From assembly GCA_964016885.1 (NCBI GenBank), contig OZ024744.1, positions 81,654,001 through 81,718,000 of the forward strand: 64,000 bases of DNA, given 5' to 3'. A program made the translations under genes and the position numbers. Shown here piece after piece: positions 56,695 through 64,000 of this stretch. Each line of letters opens with the position of its first letter. Position 1 is the first letter of the stretch. The stretch comes from Eledone cirrhosa. Taxonomy: Eukaryota. Under the pieces are notes generated by a model, which saw only the letters and a program-made list of their open reading frames with translations, was not told the DNA's origin and ran no database searches.

Positions 56695-56800
56695 TGTGCA
56701 CTTTTACTCGACCTTATTGTAAACCCCCACTGTCCCTGTCTTTGTATTGTCCCCTACATGTCAGCCCTTGTGGCTAATAAATGAAATCATTATTATTATT
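56695..56800 (+). mobile_element. Isolated Tx1 3' UTR tip
   Basis: ...cagcccttgtggctAATAAA...(ATT)n, similar to the 3' end of LINE B. Confidence 0.65.
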
Positions 56801-57821
56801 GTATAAACAAATTTACTCGTGATTTGAAAGTATAGTTTAAGATATATTTATTTAAAAATGGAGGAATTAAATCTGAAGTAATTCTTTATTATATATGATA
56901 TTAAAGTTATTGAATATTTGAGTAATTATAATAACTTCCTAAAAAGAGAAAACAACTATTATATAAGATCATAAACCAATCATGAAAAAATAAAAATAAA
57001 AATTTTCTTCATAAGTTTATTTTTATCTAATTATATTCATCTATCTTTAATAAAAATTCAAAAACTAACAATTAATTTTATAATTGTTACTCATGTATAA
57101 GTAAGTACATACTTCCAAAATAAAATTTACTATTCAATATTAATTTACTAATGATAGGGGCGTTTAGGTTTGAAAGTATTATAAAATGTTTAAAAAAATA
57201 TTTTAAAATGATGAACTGGTTATAGGGAATTAAAAAATGATTGATAATTCCGCAAATAGAAAAGTTTATAATCTATGTCGGATCATAAACCATTCTAGAA
57301 AAAGAATGAAGAACTTAGTGTAGTCAACAAATAATAATTTCTTGTCGACGATTCAAACATTTTTAATTCAAAAGTTTCGTTCGAAAAGAGATTATATTCG
57401 GAGCCTCCACACACCCCACCCCTTTGTAAATACTGCCAGTATTAATTATAGACTAATGTAAACCTCAAATAAATTCTGAAAGTGAAGTATTATTTTTTTG
57501 TATTTTTATTTCCATGAGGAAATTAAATGTAAGTGGTACCGTTTTTTAAAAAGGATTAGATGTACCTCCAATATAAATATTTCTGCTATTTTCTGTGACA
57601 AGTATACATTTAAGCACTACATTCTCCAAAAGACAATGGATGATCTTTAAGATGGAAATTGTTAGGTATTCTACAATTCTACTCCATAGTGGCTGATGTA
57701 CTATTTGTAGATATTTTAGATTCTATACTCGCATGCTGAGTGGTGGTTTTGGTGATATTTTCAATATTTTTGTTATTAGATTCCTCATTTAGTACTTTAC
57801 TCGTATTATTTAACTTAGCTT

Positions 57822-58252
57822 GGGGCGGTGAATTGGCAGTATCGGTAGAGGGTCGGACGCCATGCTTTGACGCATAGAGTTACAGCCCTTGCCATTCTGA
57901 GTTCAAATCCCGCCGAGGTTAACTTTGCCTTTCATCCTTACGGGTCGATAAAATAAAGTACCAGTAATGTACTGGGTAATTGCTGGCCTTGTGCCAATAG
58001 TAGAAACAATTATTTAACTTAGCTTTGACGGCGATGGATTGCAGTATTAGAAGAGCGTCGAACAACATACTTTGAGGCATCCAGTTTTGCTCCTTTTACG
58101 TTCCGAGTTCAAATCCCGCCGAGGTTAGCTTTGCCTTTCATCCTTACAAGGTCGATTAAATAAAGAACCAGTTACGCACTGGGGTCGATTTAATCGACTT
58201 TCCCCTTCTCTTCAAATTACTGGTCTTGTGCCAAATGTAGAAACAATTATTT
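57822..58252 (+). mobile_element. Two tandem SINE family 1 copies
   Basis: A/B boxes and core; attatttaacttagctt is repeated before, between and after the copies (TSD-like). Confidence 0.9.
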
Positions 58253-58942
58253 AACTTAGCTTTTAGATTATTTAATACAACTTTGCATAATCGTTTATTA
58301 ACATACGAATTATTAACATGCGTTTTCATTTTCTTATGGTAACTAAAAGCTACGTTAACAGCTAAACTAGATGCTGTGGAGTATAACATTTTAATTACAT
58401 TTTTACGGTATCTATATTTAGGCAGGAAGTTTTTTTCTCTTTTTGTTTCTTTTTGATAATATCAAAAAAGAACTTTAGAGACAATACTTGGATACTGTAG
58501 GCAGGATTATACCAGGTCTTCCAATTCTTTTATAAGTATGTACATGATCTTTATTACTATCATTTAGATAATTATGATGTTCAATATTAACATGTCTTCT
58601 GTTCAACTTATTATCTAGGGAAGGAATTTTCTTATTAATATCTAACATTTGGTTATTATCCTTTCAATTCATAAATTTAGGTTTGGTCACATTATTTTAA
58701 TTACTCTAAGTGGATTTTGATGGGGCCGTCACTCTAGAATTTCTATTACTCGAGGTATATAATTCAGAACAGAATTAGTATTTAATTCATTGAGCCAATG
58801 CTCAAATTGTGATAAAAGGCTAAAAGATGTTTATTATACATAAACGTTTCGTGAATGCTTCAATATACAACTTCGGTTTTATGTGTATATATATATGTAT
58901 ATATATATATATATATATATAGTTATAATATATATATAGTAA

Positions 58943-59053
58943 TAATTGTTTCTACTTTAGGCACAAGGCCAACAATTACCCAGTACATTACTGGTACTTT
59001 ATTTTATCGACCCCGTAAGGATGAAAGGCAAAGTTAACCTCGGCGGGATTTGA
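58943..59053 (-). mobile_element. SINE family 1, 3' part
   Basis: Reverse complement of the core. Confidence 0.85.
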
Positions 59054-59079
59054 ATATATATATAGTAATAATAATAAAT

Positions 59080-59303
59080 ATGAAGACTAAAATCCAAAGA
59101 GGGCTCGATAAGGATAAATATATATCAAATATATAAGAACCCTAGAGCAATATTTATATATATACTTGCAGAATGGCCCGGCGTTGCTCGGGATTTACTC
59201 TAGGGTTCTTATATATTTGATATATATTTATCCTTATCGAGCCTCGTGAAATAAATATGTTTGTTTATATTTTGTTATTGTGTATGCAAAAATATCTGTA
59301 CAC

Positions 59304-59378
<75 letters not shown>

Positions 59379-59598
59379 ATGCTTTCATATAATTTTTATA
59401 TCTGTATATCTGTTTGACCCGAAATAGGAGATCGAATCTTCGCTGTGTGGATAATTAGTTTAACCACCATCCCAGTGTGTTTGGCCTTTAACGTAAGTTG
59501 TAAGCTCTAATTCTTTTGAATTATTGAGCACTTGCCTCACAATTCGAAGTGTTTTTTCGTTATTTCATAGGCTGAAATTCGATTCTCGCTAATTTTTA

Positions 59599-59656
<58 letters not shown>

Positions 59657-59765
59657 TAACAGATTAAAGTTTAAGCAAAGAATCGCTGCTTTCACCCTTA
59701 ACAGGATCTTCTGAAACTAAAAAAATCAATCTGTGAACGCAGAAGTAAATATTTCGAAAAACGTT
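59080..59765 (-). mobile_element. Dispersed 3'-end pieces of the Naiad-like Penelope element (59080-59155, inverted 59198-59245, 59650-59765)
   Basis: Match 8684-8760 and 8760-8880. Confidence 0.8.
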
Positions 59766-59807
59766 ACACACTATATATATATATATATATATACACACAC
59801 TATATAA

Positions 59808-61720
59808 GCGAGATTCTGCCAGATCGGAGGAAGACCAAAAGAAAAGAGATGTTGTATACCGCCAAATCGACTGACTGCTAAAGCGAAGCTGCCGGCGGGA
59901 CAAGCGTGACTGGCTGGAGAAAAAGGGTGCTGAGGCAGAGGAAGCTGCTGGTCGAAACGATACAAAAGCACTGTTCCGCATCGTGAGGGAGTTGACAGGA
60001 ATGTCGAGCGGTGCCAGCATGCCAGTGAAGGACAAAGATGGCAAGACGTTGACCACTGGAGCGGAACAGGAGCAGAGATGGATGGAGCACTTCCGGGAGA
60101 TGCTGAACCAACCAAATCCGGTCGCCCTGATAGACTTGACCGCAGAGACTCCAGCAACCACTGAGGTACTCAAAGTCTGCGACGACCATATCAACAAGCA
60201 AGAGACGAGAGATGCGATTAGCCACTTGGGGAACGGCAAAGCAGGCGGACTGGATGAGATCTCTGCTGAGCTGCTCAAATTTGGTGAGGAGAGGACGATA
60301 ACGGCGTTGGCAGACTTGATGAACCACTGCTGGAGGTTTGGTCGGGTTCCCCTTGAGTGGCAGCACTGTGTCATTGTCAAACTGCCGAAGAAGTGAAACC
60401 TGGCAGACTGCAACAGCTGGCGCGGTATCACATTGCTGTCAGTCCCAGGCAAGGCGTTCTGCACTGTGCTGCTGCGTCGACTCCGGCAGGCTGTCGACTC
60501 TGTGCTCCGGGAGGAACAAGCCGTCTTCTGAAAAAATCGATCTTGCACGGAACAGATCTTTACACTACGCAACATTCTCGAACAATGCGTTGAGCTACAA
60601 CAGACTTTGACGGTCAATCTTATTGATTTCCAGAAGGCATTCGACAGTGTACACCGGGAGTCGCTGTGGAATGTTGCGCAACTATACGGCATTCCTGCAA
60701 GATTCATCGCCATTTTCAAGGCCCTGTATGAAAACTCCAGCTGTTACGTGCGGACTAAGTCTGATGTGACGGAGTTCTTTGACATTGTCTCCGGAGTCAG
60801 ACAAGGTTGCATTCTCTCTCCATTGTTGTTCCTGCTGGCAGCCGATTTCGTACTAAGGCGAATGGATGAAGGACCCGGTCGAGGAATCCCATGGAGAGGG
60901 CAGTCGAGGCTGAGGGACCTGGCATTAGCCTACGACATCGCTTTGATCAATGAAAACTGCAGATCTGCAGGCCCTAACAATATCCCTACAAGAGAGTGCG
61001 GAAAAGATCGGCCTGAGAATCAACACCAAAAAGACCAAGGTCATGAGAACGGCCAGCAACACAGGTCCAGTGATCAGAGTCAACCAACAGGACATCGAGG
61101 AAGTCGATCACTTCACCTATCTGGGCACCATCCTGACAAGCAGCGGCGACGCGGAGCTCGACATCAACTGTCGGATAGGCAAAGGAGCCGCAGTTTTCCA
61201 GCGGCTGTGCCCAGTCTGGTCGTCTTCATGCATTAGCACCAAGACCAAGCTCCGCCTGTACAAGAGCATCATGCCGCCGACTGCTTTATGCGAGCGAGAC
61301 CTGGAAGAGTACGGCAAAAATAGAGAGACAGCTGAACGCTTTCCACCAGTGGTGCCTGCGAAAGATCCTTCGTGTGTCCTGGCGCGACCGAGTGCGAAAC
61401 GAGGAGATCCTGTGGAAAGCCGAGTCGTGGACACTACAGAGAGTGGTCACGGAGCGTCGGTGCCGTCTGGCTGGCCATATTCTGCGTCTGCCAAATGAAC
61501 GGCATTCGAAAACAGCGATGAACTGGATTCCGCCTGGCGGTAAACGGAGGCGGCGTTGCCCAAGGATCACCTGGCGACGAACGTTCTTCCGGAAGGACCT
61601 GATGGCAGTCAACATCACCTGGCACGGTCTCGAAAAAGTTGCCGCTGATCGTGACCGTTGGCGAGTACTTACTGCTCGATGCGCCGAACGGCGCGGAAGA
61701 ATCTAAGACTAAGACTAAGC
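59808..61720 (+). mobile_element. 5'-truncated RTE-clade LINE with (GACTAA)n tail and probable 8-bp TSD
   Basis: EQRWMEHF, GKAGGLDEI, WRGITLLS, IDFQKAFDSVHR, GVRQGCILSP, FTYLG, GHILR...W; CTATATAA at 59800-59807 and 61721-61728. Confidence 0.93.
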
Positions 61721-61859
61721 CTATATAAACATATATACACACACACACAGATAGCGACCTCATAATGTCGTAATACAGACAGCCAGACATACAGATATTA
61801 TAAAGTTGCAACGTTATATCTATGTATCTATCTAAAAAGAAAGACTAAGAATTATAGAG

Positions 61860-62002
61860 AGAGATCGCCTAAATCGCCTAATGCAGTCACTAGGGCATTG
61901 GAAAATTTGAAATGTTTTTGCTCAAAACACTCACAGGACCATAAGTAAAGTTTGAAAACAATGGGTTGGGTGGTTCTCAAGTTTTAGGGAGTCAGACAGA
62001 CA

Positions 62003-62005
<3 letters not shown>
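61860..62005 (+). mobile_element. Possible Helitron-type non-autonomous 3' remnant
   Basis: aagtttgaaaacaatgggttgggtggttctcaag...cagacagacagac pattern. Confidence 0.3.
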
Positions 62006-62050
<45 letters not shown>

Positions 62051-62124
62051 TACGTTATTCCGGGTTGAATCGGAGGTAACCACAGTAAGTAAGGTACTCA
62101 ATACATTGCAGAGTATAAACGTTT

Positions 62125-62238
62125 TAATATAGATGAGATTCTACAGGACTAGAACTGTTTCATTCTTTAGAAATCATCAGGAATCTGATGATTTCTAAAG
62201 AATGAAACAGTTCTAGTCCTGTAGAATCTCATCTATAT

Positions 62239-62241
<3 letters not shown>
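62125..62241. mobile_element. Perfect fold-back with head-to-head hammerhead cores (minus ending 62180, plus 62185-62218)
   Basis: ~56-bp arms, 4-nt spacer; CTGATGA-tttc(taaa)gaat-GAAA-cagttctag-TC; the 5' strand of stem I is lost at the junction; ends in (TA)n. Confidence 0.75.
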
Positions 62242-62324
<83 letters not shown>

Positions 62325-62336
62325 GTATGTATGCAT

Positions 62337-62406
<70 letters not shown>

Positions 62407-62923
62407 TGTGTGTGTGTGTCTGCGGTGCTGAAACCGATGACACCACAAAGCATTAGAGAATGCGATGAATGGGGAGATGCAGAGTGAGTATAGAGATATG
62501 TAAAATCCCAACTGCAACGCCAAGAGGTTTCGGCTTGTGTGTTTCGGCTGGTGTAGTAATATTTGTTGAGTGTGGAAAAATAGGTCACTGATTTTGGTAG
62601 TGCTTTGGTTGAGTTTATCATAGAAGTAAACTGGTCTGATGGAAAAAGTGGGTGGTGGTGGTGGTGGTGGTGGTACAGACAGTGGTAAGTGTATCTGGAC
62701 AGGCAAGGGGGTCAGGAGAAGGAAGTGGCCCTAGTCATTAATATATACATATATATACGTTTGAATTTATAAACGAAAGAAAAAGTACTCCATACCGAAA
62801 CATGACTCTCTGTTGCTACTCTGAGTTTCAAGATTCTACATACACACACATATATATACAAGATTGTGTGTGTGTATATATATATATATATATCTCTACA
62901 TATATATATATATATATACACAA

Positions 62924-62955
<32 letters not shown>

Positions 62956-62985
62956 TATGTAATAAACAACATAAGACAATTATTC

Positions 62986-63052
62986 CATTTACCAAAGGTT
63001 TCACGAAGACAGGCGAGTTCAACAGAGAGGTCTGAAACCGCTCATCAGAATG
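62986..63052 (-). ncRNA. Type I hammerhead with extended stem II
   Basis: Minus strand: catt-CTGATGA-gcgg...agac...gtct-tcgt-GAAA-cc(ttt)gg-TA-aatg. Confidence 0.8.
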
Positions 63053-63524
63053 AAAATTTAATATGGGCGTAAGATATGAAATTAAAAACAAAGGCTATTA
63101 CAATTGAAAGCGAGGCTGAAATAAAATAAAATAAAAATAAAGATAAGAAATATATAAAATAAAATAACATACATCTAACTACAACCAACACACACAATAA
63201 ACACCAATTTATTTTTTTATAATTATATCCCCTTTCTCATACCTTTAACTCACACACATCAACTATTCATAACCTATTAGAGACTTTGAACACTTCTTCC
63301 TTTTTAACCTTTAACCATACTTTTATCTACAACCACAACTCACAAAAAAACTCACATATTCACTTTAAACACATATCCTTTGTCATACCCTTAACACACG
63401 CACACACACTGACTTCCATCATTCCATCCACCTCTAATACTCAATCAAAGTCTTTAAAATTTTTTTCTTTCTACCTAATAGTTATACTCTTTCTACATAC
63501 ACCTTAACATTTCATTATTGTAAG

Positions 63525-63970
63525 AGTTACGTCCCTTTATGATCTAAGTTCAAATCCCGCCGAGGTTAACTTTGCCTTTCATCCTTACGGGGTCGATAAA
63601 ATAAAGTACCAGTAATGCACTGGTGAATTGCTGGCCTTGTGCCAAAAGTAGAAACAATTATTGTAATTGGGCAGTGGATTGGCAGTATCGGTAGAAGCTT
63701 GGACACCATGCTTTGCAGCATGGAGTTACGGCCCTTTACGATCTGAGTTCAAATCCCACCGAGGTAAACTTTGCCTTTCATCCTTGCGGGGTCGATAAAA
63801 TAAAGTACCAGTAATGCACTGGGATAATTGCTGGCCTTGTGCCAAAAGTAGAAACAATTATTGTAATTGGCAGTATCGGTAGAGGGTCGGACGCCATGCT
63901 TTGACGCATAGAGTTACGTCCCTTGCCATTCTGAGTTTAAATCCCGCCGAGGTTAACTTTACCTTTCATC
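63525..63970 (+). mobile_element. Three tandem SINE family 1 copies
   Basis: Repeated head, B box and core; the last copy is truncated. Confidence 0.9.
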
Positions 63971-64000
63971 ACGCGTGTGTATATTTATGTATTTAAATTT

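Noticed and set aside
57590-58760. Short AG...GT segments in AT-rich unique DNA as possible host exons
   Set aside because: No recognisable protein motif or consistent open frame.

Overview
Eukaryotic, AT-rich, repeat-saturated genomic DNA with no recognisable host protein-coding exon. The mix of (TA)n/(CA)n microsatellites, a very abundant tRNA-derived SINE and RTE/Tx1/Penelope retroelements suggests an invertebrate, most plausibly an octopod cephalopod (inference only). It contains three decayed Tx1/L1-clade LINEs plus fragments, two RTE LINE bodies plus two RTE 3' tips, two Penelope-like elements (RT + GIY-YIG), several DNA-transposon MITEs with TSDs, a 78-bp minisatellite and two ~2.3-3.3 kb TACTG/CAGTA pentamer arrays. 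Most long ORFs in the track are microsatellite artefacts. The most striking hidden signal is about 15 type I hammerhead-ribozyme (HHR) motifs, read by eye, from many unrelated sequence families. Most sit in short ORF-less fold-back elements next to (TA)n tracts, and several carry core variants (U3-A8, U4C, U.U at the base of stem II, long stem II inserts). A second signal is a perfect 5' splice-site/U1 motif AG|GTAAGT at all four Tx1 ORF1/ORF2 junctions, overlapping the ORF1 stop codon in at least three. Coordinates were counted manually and may be off by a few bases.
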